From: Felis catus
Lineage: Eukaryota
Assembly: GCF_018350175.1 (NCBI RefSeq)
Contig: NC_058373.1
Span: forward strand, 111,354,001 to 111,418,000
Length of the DNA stretch: 64,000 nt
Direction: 5' to 3'
Made by a program: the position numbers and the translations under genes. Shown one piece after another: positions 49,263-61,939 of the stretch. The notes beneath the pieces are model-generated. The model searched no databases and was not told where the DNA came from. It saw only the letters and a list, made by a program, of their open reading frames with translations. Every line of letters begins with the position of its first letter. Within the stretch, counting starts at the first letter, position 1.

Positions 49263-50659
49263 CATGAGTGGGGGAGGGGCAGAGAGAGAGGGAGACACAG
49301 AATCCAAAGCAGGCTCCAGGCTCCAGGCTCTGAGCTGTCAGCACAGAACCCGATGTGGGGCTCAAACTCACGAACTGTGAGATCGTGACCTGAGCTGAAG
49401 TTGGATGCTTAACTGATTGAGTCACCCAGGGTCCCCGAAATAGATATATTTTTAAAAAGTTAAATTCATACATCAATTCAAACTTAACAATAGAGTCTAT
49501 TTTGTATTAATTTTTTTCATTTTATGTTTTCCCCACCATACTAAATATCTTCGTTCCTAATAACATATTTATCTATTTGGTTTATTGTACATGTTGCAAA
49601 AAAATTGTTCACAAATCACACCAGAATTATAATTATCATAAAATCATAAAACTGAATTTCAAGATTTCTTTAGTAGTTCTTCTCTTTAGAATATATTCTG
49701 CTAATATACCTATATTAGCTCTATATCTGTAGCTAGAGTGCTTTCAGAGTCATTTTAAATAATTCTTTTTTGTGTGTAGTTATTTTACCAACTTCGTATG
49801 TATTTAAGATCATTTGTTTGGGGCTTTTGTTTTTCCTTTTGATTTAATTTTTTTTTAATTTTTTTTTAACGTTTTATTTATTTTTGAGACAGAAAGAGAC
49901 AGAGCATGAACAGGGAGGGGCAGAGAGAGAGGGAGACACAGAATTGGAAGCAGGCTCCAGGCTCTGAGCCATCAGCCCAGAGCCCGACGCGGGGCTCGAA
50001 CTGACCGCGAGATCGTGACCTGAGCCGAAGTCGGCCGCCCAACCGAGCGAGCCACCCAGGCGCCCCGATTTAATTTTTTTAAAGTTTATATTTATTTTGA
50101 GAGAGAGAGAGAGAGAGCATGAGCAAGGGAGAGGCAGGGAGAGAGGACCCCAAGCAGGCTGTCAGCATGGAACCCAACACGGGACTTGATCCCACGAACT
50201 GTGAGATCATGACCTGCACTGAAATCAAGAGTGGACGCTTAACCAACTGAGCCACCCAGGTACCATGCTCCCTACCCCCTGCCTTTTGATTTAATTTTAT
50301 TCTTAATTATGTAAAACATGTATTTAGTTCAAAAATCAAAACTAATTAATAATATAAGCTTAGATAAACATTCTTCTACCCATATCTCCTCCTTTTGGTT
50401 CCATTCTCTTCCTTGCCTTTTACAAGTAACTTTTTTTTTTTTTAAGGTTTTTTTTTTTTTTTTCAACGTTTATTTATTTTTGAGACAGAGACAGAGCATG
50501 AACGTGGAGGGGCAGAGAGAGGGAGACACAGAATCTGAAACAGGCTCCAGGCTCTGAGCTGTCAGCACAGAGCCCGACGTGGGGCTCGAACTCACGGACC
50601 GTGAGATCATGACCTGAGCCGAAGTCGGCCACTTAACCAACTGAGCCACCCAGGCACCC
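47150..50659. mobile_element. Dense CAN-SINE cluster: + at ~47150-47356 and ~47827-48038; - at ~48460-48680, ~48681-48880, ~49195-49436, ~49850-50066, ~50075-50265, ~50430-50659; (TG)n at 48897-48941
   Basis: Eight SINE bodies, several with visible TSDs. Confidence 0.93.
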
Positions 50660-50709
50660 CTACATGTAACTTTTTATTAATTTTGGTATTTCCAGTATTT
50701 TGTTTTAAA

Positions 50710-50746
<37 letters not shown>

Positions 50747-51059
50747 TATAATATCTGTATTTTTTTTCTTAAAAGCTGGCATACTCTGTATTTGTTCTGT
50801 ACATTACTTGTATTTACATAATAGTATATATACTGGAGAGCATATATGCATAGAGGTCCTCTTCATTCTTTTTTACAGCTATATAATATTCACTGTGCTA
50901 GTATATTGTAGTTTATGCATCCAGACCTTGTTGGCGTATTTCTCTTTTCCATTGCAAATGATGTCTCGTTGGAATAACCTTCTCCATATGTTGTATTTGT
51001 GAAAGTGTATCTTTAGAATGGCTGCAGAGTTGGGGGATTATTTGATCAGAATATAAATT

Positions 51060-51385
51060 AGTGCTATCTGATAGAAATGTAATATGAGCCACATGTGGCT
51101 ACTAGAAAATTTAAATTTCAAAATAAAAAATAAAAATACAATTTTAATTATAATAGTTAATTATAAATATCCAAATATTACCACTTATATTTAAAATCCT
51201 GTCATTTCAACACTCAAAATGAGTATTATCATTGGCATGTAGTCAGTATAAAAATTATTAATGAGATAGTTGAATTCTTTTTTGTACCAAGTCTTCAAAA
51301 TCTTGTGTGTATTTCATACTCAATAGCACATCTGAGTTTGGACTGGCTGCAAGTCAAGTATGCAGTAATGCTTAGCAGCCACATT
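51060..51385. mobile_element. MER3/MER33-type hAT-Charlie non-autonomous element
   Basis: GATAGAAATGTAATATGAGCCACATGTGGCTACT...CACATCTGAGTTTGGACT...AGCAGCCACAT. Confidence 0.6.
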
Positions 51386-52109
51386 TTTCTCACAGTTTGT
51401 TTTCTGCCTTTACTTATAGTTTTGAGGGTCTTTTGGCCATGTATACTTTGAAAAAGTGTTTTTATTGTTGACTTTATTAATTAAAAATGCTATCTTTTAC
51501 CTTTGGATTTTGAATCACTGCTAGACTGACTTTCCTCATTCCCAGGTTATACCTGAAATCATCCATGTTTTCTTGCAGGACTTTCATGGTTTTAATTTTT
51601 ATATTTCCATCTCTGATCCATTTGAAATTTATCTTATTTTTTCATATACTTACAGTTTTGTTGTTTTCTATTTCCTTCAAAAGATGTTTAAGATAACATT
51701 TTTTAACCTTCAGGAGTAAGGGCTTTTTGTTGTTATTTTTCGTATGTAGTTTTATTGCACTGTGATCAGAGAACATAATTTGTGTTATTTCTATTATTGT
51801 TGAACTTAGATTTTCTGTATGACCTTATATATGATCAGTTTTTGTGAATAGTCCATATCCACTTGAAAAGAGATTGAACTTTGTACTGTGATAGAGAGAA
51901 CAATATAGTAAGTTCAATATGGTGTAGTAATTTACCTTACTGATTACATTGCTTTGGTCTTCTGTGGCTTCACCTACTATTATTCTGTTTGTATTAATTT
52001 TTTCATACAGCTACTGTAGTTTTTTTTTTTTTATAAAGCTTGCTATGGGGCTCTTTGGTGCAAAAGTATTCATAATTGATTTATCTTCCTCATTGTTAAT
52101 TTGTCTCTT

Positions 52110-52141
52110 AAAATTTATTTATTTATTTTAATGTTTTTATT

Positions 52142-52179
<38 letters not shown>

Positions 52180-55100
52180 TGTGAGTGGGGGAGGGGCAGA
52201 AAGAGAGGGAGACACAATCCAAAGCAGGCTCTAGGCTCTGAGCTGTCCGCACAGAGCCTGACACGGGGCTGGAACCCACGAACTGCGATATCATGACCTG
52301 AGCCGAAGTCGGACACTTAACCGACTGAGCCACCCAGGCTCCCCAATTTATTTGTCTTTTAGAATAAAAAAAGTTGTACTTTGTCTTGCTAGGTGTCTTT
52401 TGGGCCTAGGTGTTTTTTGTCAGTTATTAAGATCATAACCTCTGCTTTCATTTTGATTGTATTTGCCCATTTTGCTTTTGCTCATATATTTCCTTTTAAT
52501 GTTTCTTCATTACTTTGTTTTAGGTGTTGCTTGTAATGTAAGTATACAATTGAGTTTTACTTCATGAGCCAATCTAAAATAATCTTTTTTCTTTTAGTGG
52601 AGGAGTTAAGCTCTTTGCATTTATTATTGACAACGACATGCTAGATTTTAGCTCCTGACAAATATTTATTTTATTTTGTTTACCATGTGTATTCTGTTTA
52701 CTGTGTGGCATTCATTATGTTGAATTACATTTTCATTGCTCTTTTTAAGAATTTGCTTTGAGGGGCACCTGAGTGGTTCAGTCGGTTCAGTGTCCAACTC
52801 TTGATTTCAGCTCTGGTCATGAACTTGCAGTTCCTGGGATTGAGCCCTGTGTCGGGCTCTGCACTGACAGCACAGAGTCTATTTGAGATGCTTTCTCTCC
52901 CTCTGTCTTCCCCTCCCCTGCTTGTGTGTGTGCACTCTCTCTCTCAAAATAAATAAATAAACATTTAAAAAATAAATAAAGATTTTAAAATAGCAAAATC
53001 TTTAAAAGAGTTTGCTTTGAAAATTTTTTGATATTTACTATATTTATCTGGATAAAGTATGGAGTTTCATTAGTAATAATAACATTTTTTCATTAATTGT
53101 GACAAGTGTTCTGTAGTAATATAAAATGTTAACAATAGGGGAATCTGGGTGTGTGGTATATGGAAACTCTTTGTATGCTGCAACTTCGCTGTAATATAAA
53201 ACTGTTTTAAAATTAAAAAAATTGTTTTCAATGTAGTAGAATTGAAAGTATCCCGGATTGGTTTTGGAAAGTAAATTTTATGTGAATTTATTGCTGAACT
53301 TCATGAATATAAGCTGTAGTTTTCAGTTTCCAGAAAATTAGGGAGGTATAATCACTGTGTATTTGATGGTAAAGTTAGAGGAAAACATCTCTGATTTAGA
53401 ATAATGAAACAAAAAGAAATTTTTGGACTGGAAAGAAATTTTTTAGCGAAAGATTAAAGAAAACAGTTGCTTTTAGAACTGGTTACTTGAATCATATCTT
53501 GTCTAAATGAATTATTTAGAATTTTTGGGGAAGAAGTCATGTCTAGTAGCAAGGTATAAAGATTAATGGGTATTTAAATAAGAATTTTGATGGTTCCTAG
53601 AAGGTATAGGGCTTTTACTCCCAGAATTTTAGAGTTGCAAGAGACATTTACAGTTTATTCTAGTTCTTTCATTTGTATAAGAATAACTAGAAATCTAGGG
53701 CAGTGATATGTTAGATCTAGAATCATGTAGTAAATTGATATTTAGAGCTGGGATGACATTTGAAGACTCTTTCATTTCTGTTTTAGGATTCTTACCTCAA
53801 TGCCAGAATGTGTTCTTGAGAGTTACGATAATCTTGAAAGTCACAAGATCCTGGGTTCCTCATATCCTACTTAAAGTGCAGCTAAGGCATTGTTACATAT
53901 TTATACTTGTATTTTTTAAAAAGGCACAGATGGGGTGCTTGGGTGGCTCAGTCGGTTGGGCATCCGACTTCGGCTCAGGTCATGATCTCTTGGTGGGTGA
54001 GTTTGAGCCCTGCATTGGGCTCTGTGCTGACAGCTCAGAGCCTGGAGCCTGCTTTAGATTCTGTGTTTCCCTCTCTCTCTCTTCCCCTCCCCTGCTCATT
54101 CTTTCTCTCTCTCTCAAAATAATAACTAAACATTAAAAAATATTTAAAAAAGGCATAGAGCCATAAGTGATTTTTTATTCAGCATTTCAGAGATAATGTT
54201 AGGTCATAAGCCTCTGCCTTGTTGGTTTTTTCTGTACTGGGTTTGTTCCCAGTAAGGGAAGGGCCTGGTAGAAGATTGTAGCAAAAAGGCCAATCATTAT
54301 GAACTGTAGATTGGGAGCTAGAACTGGATCTGGTGCTGGAAACCATAAAAATGCCAGATGATGTAGGGGCTGGGATGGTGTTGGGTGATGACTTATATCA
54401 TGACTAAGTGGACTTTCCAACCTGTAGTAAAGGGGACAGAATAAAGGAGGTTGCAGAGCCACCATCAAACTCATGCTAATCATGAGGGTCACTTCCCTTT
54501 TCACTCCCTGGAGCATTCTGCTACTTGCCAGCTAAGATTTGGAATAATCATAGATAATGAAGTAAAATTCATCTGACATCTGCAAAACATTTTTATTTTG
54601 CAAAGCACTCTGACAAATATTATTGTTTGATCCTTGCAATATCCTTGAGTTGGATAGAAGGGATATTGGTGAGCAGAAAATGTTAAATACTAATGTCAAT
54701 GTATAACACAGTGTGTCAAGGCACTGTGTTACAAACCAAAGGATATGAAAATGACTACACATGGTCTTGGCTTTCATGGTGTACACCATCTTGTGGAGAT
54801 TGGGGTGGGGAAACAGTCAAATTCAATGTAAGGCATATTGAAAAATATTTGGAAATTCAAACTACCATGGGAATTTAAAAGGAAGGATGTTATTACAACT
54901 GATGGAAATTTTAGTATTTTGCCTTCTGATTTCAGACTAGTTGAAAGGATAATAACTATAAAGGAATCTCTTTTTTTGTTGTTAAAACATTTATTTTAGT
55001 TTATTTTTTGAGAAAAAGAGAGAGAGAGAGAGCAAGAGAGCGAGAGAGAGAGCACATGAGCCAGGGAGGGTCAGAGAGAGAGAGAAAGAGACAGTCCCAA

Positions 55101-55221
55101 GCAGGCTCCATGCCTTCAGAGCAGAGCCTGATGCGGGGTTCAAACCCACGAACCGTGAGATCATGACCTGAGCTGAAGTCAAGAGTTGGATGCTTAAGTG
55201 ACTGAGCCACCCAGGCTCCCC
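52110..55221. mobile_element. Four CAN-SINEs: - ~52110-52344, + ~52762-52980, + ~53932-54150, - ~54990-55221
   Basis: SINE heads, bodies and tails. Confidence 0.92.
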
Positions 55222-56668
55222 TGTTTTAAAAAATGTTATTTTATTGTATGTTACTGTGCTGTTAAGTTAGGCATAATGTTTTCACAAGGCTATTTTGGGA
55301 CCACAGTCAATGACCACACAATAGTGGTCCAATTCTCTAAATAACAATCACTAGACAAACTGGGCACCCTCTCACATGTGGACAAATCTGCATGGAAAAG
55401 TACCAGAGTTTTAGGTGTGGACTTGTGTACTTTATTTGCCCTTTCTAGTGTATTAAGAAGTGACACGCACTTTAACTTGCCAAAAGCAATGCTTGCATCT
55501 TAGTGGCAACATGCTACTTACGTTACATACTGAAGTGAATACCAGAACTATAAAGGTAGGAGGTGTAAGTAAATTTCATTGGGAAGGGAGGTTGTCAACA
55601 TAAATAGCAAATGGAGAGTGAGTAAGGAAACTCCTGTTGTCATAGACATATAAGACCTCAATCATATACAGGATACAGGAGGCATTTCAGTTTGTGACAG
55701 CCAGCCCAGAAATGTCAAATGCTTTTTCATTTAATCTCATACTTCTGGATTCCTACCAAAAAGGAGTACATTAAGAACGCAGAAAAGTTGCTTACTCAAA
55801 GGGTGAAACTCTCGAAAAGAGTAAGAGAGGGAATATAACTTAATGGAAATTAAGTTATGTAGAAGACTCTTTAAATTATAATTAACTACATTTTCATATC
55901 TTCACAGTAATACAAAACACAGTTACTTGCAGAACTGGTTCAGATTACTTGAATACCAGATACATTTTTAGTCTTGTATGTAAGTGTTTGGAAGTCACTT
56001 ATGTTTATATGAATTGAAGCTATCAATACTTTTCTACAGCAGTAACTGCACACCAGAAAGGCCGAGGCAAACACAAATCAAGGGATGGAGTTTTCCCAAA
56101 GCTGCAGTGTGAAGACTATAAGCATTTGATTCCATACATGTGAATGGGTTTCTTTACTATAGGAAATTCAAATGGAATAAGGTTTCTTGAGGGGAAGAAG
56201 GATAATCCTCTATATGCATTTAGTTTTCTGCTCCTTCTGCAGCACCACATTATTCTCCTGCAGTGTCTGATGTCCATAATGTTAGGTTGTCTCTAAGCAA
56301 CTTCATGGTGAGGGTACTGTCTTTGGATGAGGCTTCATTCAGTATATCAAGTTCTGAAGTGGCCTCATCAAAAGCCATTATAGCCAGTGTGGAGGCAAGC
56401 TTGGATTATTAAGGATCTCATAGTAAAATACAGAAAAGTTAAGAGCCAGCCCCAGGCAGATTGGGTGTGTGGGTTGCATCTCTTTCTTGCTCATATTAAA
56501 AGCCTCTCTGTAAGCTCCTTGGGAATTAACTTTTTTTTTTTTTTTTTTTTTAAATCTTGACCGCATGCACCTTCAGCAGCATATGAGAGGTAATCTTCCT
56601 TCATTTTCAGGTAGAAGACCTTACTCTCTAGATTAGTTGCATTGGCTATTAAAGACATATCCAACAAA
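55222..56668 (-). pseudogene. YWHAQ: YWHAQ (14-3-3 theta) processed pseudogene, 5'-truncated, with 3' UTR
   Basis: Intronless minus-strand translation [18 protein letters not shown] / [42 protein letters not shown] / [50 protein letters not shown]; frameshifts, premature stop at 56250-56252, terminal stop at 56220-56222; AATAAA (minus) near 55240. Confidence 0.93.
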
Positions 56669-56685
56669 TAGCTTTTCACTGTTTC

Positions 56686-56908
56686 TTTTTTTTTTAAATT
56701 TTTTTTAATGTTTATTTATTTATTTTGAGAGACAGAGACAGAGCATGAGCAGAGGAGGAGCAGAGAGAGAGAGACACAGAATCCGAAACAGGTTCCAGGC
56801 TCCGAGCTGTCAGCACAGAGCCCGACGCGGGGCTTGAACTCACAAACCGTGAGATCATGACCTGAACCGAAGCCGGGCGCTCAGCCGACTGAGCCACCCA
56901 GGCTCCCC
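56686..56908 (-). mobile_element. CAN-SINE
   Basis: SINE body; TSD TCACTGTTT. Confidence 0.93.
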
Positions 56909-57144
56909 TCACTGTTTTTCTTACTGGGTGTTGTTTATTCTTTGCAAACAGCTGGTATTTCACCTTCATGGTTACTAATGTTTTTTTTTTTTCCACATAT
57001 TATGCATTTATTACATGCTTTCAGATAACTTATTAATGTATGAGTGGTGTCAATTGGATACATCTAATTTTGGAAAATTTCAGTGTTCAGTGCTATCACA
57101 AAGTTAATTTAGCTCATAGTTTTCCTTTAAAATGGTTGATATAG

Positions 57145-57690
57145 TGCTTCCAGCCAAGATGGACCAGCAGGAATTGGTATTGGTATCCTTCCGCCTGAAA
57201 GAACTAACTGGATAAAAAAATATGAAACAACAGTTTCTAAGACATTTGCCATCAGGCAACACAAGACTTTGATCCCTGAGAGACAGGAAACAAACTAGGT
57301 GAGACTTAAGATTGCTCTAGCCTGGAGAGAGTTTCTAGGCATGGAGCAGGTCAGTAGAACCCAGAGGAGCCCAGAAATCTTACTGAGTTGAAGAGATGGA
57401 GCTGGGAAGCTGTGGGGAGCCAAGGCACCTAGAGTTCACAGGGCAGAATGTCAGAGAAGAGAGAGCTGCAAGAGAATTGGGCAGATCTCTAGAGGTTCCT
57501 TTCAAGAATTCAGTTGAGTACTAATCAGTGCATACCTTTGAGGGAACTACTTAAGGCTAGGAGGAACCACTCAAAAGGAATTGAGGGCACAATACAATAC
57601 TTACAGCTCACATACAACACCAGGAATAGAGTCTGGATCCATCAGAGAAGAAAGTCTCATTATTCGCTGAGTGTCAGGTAGAGCATCTCT
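57145..57690 (+). mobile_element. Ancient L1M 5'-region fossil
   Basis: CTTCCAGCCAAGATGG start and GATCCCTGAGAGACAGGAAACAAACTAGGTGAG motif resemble old L1M 5' ends. Confidence 0.55.
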
Positions 57691-58279
57691 AACATTCTGG
57701 TTGTCATTTTTAGATGTTTGATTTGGGTCTTTTTTTTTTTTTTTTTTTGTCTTTACTTAAAATGTAGTCAACTTTTTTTCTGGTTTCTAGAACATATGGA
57801 ATACATTTATAACAACTCTTAATGTCCTAGTTTCCTAATCTTATCAACTGTGTCATATCTAGGCTGGTTTTGATTGATATTTTTACTCATTATGGCTCTA
57901 TTTTTCTTATTTTTTAAAAACTTGCTTGGAAATCAGTTGATGCTTGTCAGGCATGTAAAAGGAGACATTGCAAATTTTACCTTGTTGGGTGCTGGATATT
58001 TTTGTATTCCTATAGTCTTCAAACTTTTTCTGGAATATATTGAAATAACTTGGAAGGTGTTTGATCCTTTAAGGTATTGCTTTTAATCTTTGTTGAATGG
58101 GATCACTTAATCTAATTGCCCTACTACTGAGGCAGAACCTTTCTGAATACTTTACCTGATGCCTTGTAAATCAGAGGTTTTCTATTTGGCTAATCATCTG
58201 GTTACAGATGTTAAATTGAGGGTTGGGTTGTTCCTTCAAGGTTTGTTTTTAAGCTCTTTTGGGTTCATTAGAGAGTTGT

Positions 58280-58465
58280 CTTTTTTTTTTTTTAATGTTT
58301 ATTTTTACTTTATTTTGAGAGTGGGGGGTGGTGAGGGTCAGAGAGAGAGAGAATCCCAAGCTTGCTCCACACTGTTGTGCAGAGCCCAACACGGGGCTCG
58401 ACCCCATGAAACCTGAGATCATGAGCTGAAAAAGAGTGGGATACTTAACTGACTGAGGTGCCCCT
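58280..58465 (-). mobile_element. Diverged CAN-SINE
   Basis: SINE body motifs. Confidence 0.85.
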
Positions 58466-60400
58466 AGTCTTTATTCTAGGACTGATTTAGCCATATTGAG
58501 GTCTCTCCTTATTGCCCAGAGTATACAAGGTCTCTCTCTACTCTGGTTGGATGGAACCTCCAACGTCCTCAGCTCTGCTTGTTCATTTTTTTTAGTTCCT
58601 CAGCTGTTGCTTTTTGCCTGGCCTCATGGATTTTACTCTGTGTGTAGATGAGTATTAAGTCAGACTCAAGTGGACCCCTACATAGATGGGGCTTTTTTTT
58701 GCATAATGTCTCCTCTGTGGTATATTATTCCAGTAATTCCTGCCACCTATAACTTACTGAACTTAGATCTTTGTCTTTTCAAGTTAAGGAGATTGCTGTG
58801 TTATGCTTTGAATCTCCCTGCCTACAGTGGTATCTAGACATGTCTCTTGGCAAAAAGTCAAGGTGTTTATAGGGCTTATCTAGCTTGTTTCCTTCACTCA
58901 GGGAATGCATAGCTATACTATTGTCCAGTGTCTGTAAACTGTTTCATCATATGTTTTCTCTAGTTTTGTAGTTGCTTACTGTCTGAGCATAAACCTGGTA
59001 CCAGTTACACCATAATGGCTAGAAGCATAAATCCTAAACTACTGGATTATTGTGGGAGGTTGGTAAAGCCTTTCGGGTGAAGTTTAGGAAGAAATGATGA
59101 CGAGCCCTTAGCTGATTTTTCTAGTTAATGGCCATTTAGGAATTGTTTGTTTATGGGCCCTTGGAGTAGTTAACTTAGCAGTAGTTTGTCTTTTTCAACC
59201 AGATCTAGCAGTTGAGATAATGTAAATAGTAAAGCACTATACTAATGTGCTTATTATTTTTAGTTTAATTTACTGAATGTTCTTAATAAGCTGGTCTGCC
59301 TCAGAATAGGTTTTTGACTTTTGGAATTTAAAATGAAAATAGTTGGATTAGCTTATGCTAGAGGAGTTGAAGTTGGTTCAATATTATCTCTAATCACAAA
59401 AAATTGGTTTCAGTAGGCTTTGGTGTCATTGGAGAAAGACTGCTTCTCATAATTCATAATAATGTCAGTCCTAAATCTCATGTATCAGTAGTAAGGTACC
59501 TGGCAGAAAGACATATTTCCGAAGAATGTATTGTGTTGCTATCTTATTCTTGGCTTTTTGTACTTAATGACTTGTACATATGTACTTAGTAAACATTTGA
59601 TGTGTGAATCTTTATTAAGACCATTCACTTGTCAATCATACGATTACTTTCTATGTGTCAAACATGGTAGTATATAATTGGGAGACAAAAGAAATAAGAG
59701 ATAGGGTCCCTTATCAGAAGATCACATGAGATGGCGCCTGTATAAGGCAGCAACATATTCTGGCAAGGATTAATGGAGTACAGAGTGATTTTATCAGCTC
59801 TCAGGGAGAAATGGAGGGGCTGGATTTTGAGAAAATTGATGGATATGCATTGATTCACCAAGAGGATAAGGGAGAAAAAGTCCCTCTTCTAAAAAGAAGG
59901 AATGGTGTGTTGCAGAGAATGACAACATTTTTCTGTGGAAAGCAAGCAAATTAAATTGGCTTGAATGGAATTTTCTGTAGAAGATAGTCAGAAATTAGGT
60001 TGTAGAGCTAATTGGGGTGTGAGGGTTGTAGAAGATTTTGAGCATTAGTCTGAAAAGAGAGAATTCTGATTGTCCTATATGTTAAAAAGTAGACAAAAGT
60101 AAAGGGTTTTGTGTTCACACAGTAAGTTTTATAGGTGCTGACTTATTTTAAGATAAACTATGGAGCAAATTAAGACACTGTTACTGTGTTTGACTGTAAT
60201 TTGCAAAGTAAAAGCCCGTTCTTTATTGGGATTTGAAAAACACTGCTTGCAGAAAAACACTGCTTGCAAAAGTTTCACATGTTATAACATGTTATAAGGG
60301 AGAAAAAGGAATTTTTTAAATGGTATAATAACTGAGGGTATTCTAACTGAACTTAGAGTAGGGCTCAATTTCATTTGTTTATTTGTTTTTGTTGTTCTAG

Positions 60401-60498
60401 GTTGCTGCTTTTGCTAAGAGAGTACCCATGACCCTGATGGTATTTTCATTCAAGATAAAGTGTTCTATTGCCTTTATTGATTAACTGAACGAATTCAG
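60401..60498 (+). other. FUT8: FUT8 non-coding exon 2 (98 nt, 5' UTR)
   Basis: TTCTAG|GTTGCTGCTTTTGCT...CATGACCCT...TTCAAGATAAAGTG...TTGATTAACTGAACGAATTCAG|GTTAGT; canonical splice sites; sequence and length match recalled FUT8 5'-UTR exon. Confidence 0.85.
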
Positions 60499-60879
60499 GT
60501 TAGTATATTTGTGGACAGCACTTCCCTGTTCTAATTATAAATTAATATGTTGAGAAATGGATAATTATGTGTTTGAAGCATGTATGTGTATAGCAGTGAA
60601 GTAGAAAGACCCAGGTCAGTCTAACCTCTGTTGAATTGTGTATTAGTTAATAAACATTTTCTGAGTACCATGTGTAATCTGTAATACATATAATAAAAAA
60701 ATGTTTTACTCCCTGTTTATGGCTAAATATGGTACATTGTACTTGCATTGTTGTGTGGTATATTTGGTGCTGAAATAAACAACTCATCTTAGAATTTTTT
60801 GACATTTTTGATAGCTGACTTTTAAAGGTTGGATTCTTGTCCAGATTTTAGTCCTACATTAAAGTTATTATTTGTTTTT

Positions 60880-61894
60880 AGTGTTTAATCTTGGAATTTT
60901 GACAAATGTATATTTGTCACCATAATCTTTTAAATTCACTTATGTTGTCTCTTTGTAGTCAGCCTCTCCCTTCGCCACAACTCCTAGCAACCACTGATTT
61001 GTTTTTTGTCCCTATAGTCTACCTTTTCGTGTATGTCATTTAACTAGAATTATTTAGTATGTAGCTTTTGAAATCTAGTTTCTTTCACTTGACGTAATGC
61101 ATTAGGATTCATTCATGTTGTGTATACTAGTAATTTGTTCTTTTTTTCTTGCTGAGCTATGTTCTGCTATATGGTGATATATCATTTAGTTTATCCATTT
61201 ACCAGTTGATGGACTTTTGGGGGAGTTTCCAGTTTTTGGTGATTATATCAGTCAAATTTATCACATTATATTGACTGCATTCCCTATGCTATACTTTCCA
61301 TCCTGTGACTTAATTATTTTATAACTGGAAGTTTGTACCTCTTAATCCCTTTCATCTCTTTTGCCTTTCCTGCCACCTCTCTGGCAACTACCAGTTCTCT
61401 GTTTTTATGAGTCTGTTTCTTTTGTTTGTGTGTTTTGTTTTTTGGATTCTATATATAAGTGAAATCATATGGTATTTGTCTTTTTCCATCTGACTTATTT
61501 CACTTAGCTCAGTACTCTCCATCCATGTTGTCATGAATGGCAAGATTTCAGTATTTTTTTTTATGACTGAGTAATATGTGTATATATATCACATCTTCTT
61601 TATCCATTCATCTGTCAGTGGAGTTTTATGTTGCTTCCATATCTTGGCTATTGTAAATAATGCTGCAGTAAACATATGGGTACATATATGTTTTCGAATT
61701 AGTATGTTTATTTTCTGTAGATAAATACCCAGAAGTGGAATTGCTGTGTTGAATGGTATTTCTATTTTTAATTTTTTGAGAAACCTCCATATTGTTTTCC
61801 ATAGTGACTCCACCAATTTACAATCCTACCAATAGTATACAAGGGTTGCCTTTTCTCTATATTCTTGTGAACACTTGTTATTTCTTGTGCGTGC

Positions 61895-61939
<45 letters not shown>

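Larger units (their letters stand above)
12862..60400 (+). other. FUT8: FUT8 intron 1 (47,539 bp, GT...AG)
   Basis: Donor GTAAGG at 12862; acceptor TTTGTTTTTGTTGTTCTAG ending 60400. Confidence 0.75.

Noticed and set aside
2365..58416. Many short ORFs sharing WVAQSVK..TSAQVMIS..SSPASGSVLTAQSLEP or RERERE motifs
   Set aside because: Translations of CAN-SINE copies, not a protein family
12690..60498. FRS2 as the host gene
   Set aside because: Considered because of a similar long first intron and short UTR exon, but the recalled leader sequence and the upstream alternative exon fit FUT8; confirm by BLAST
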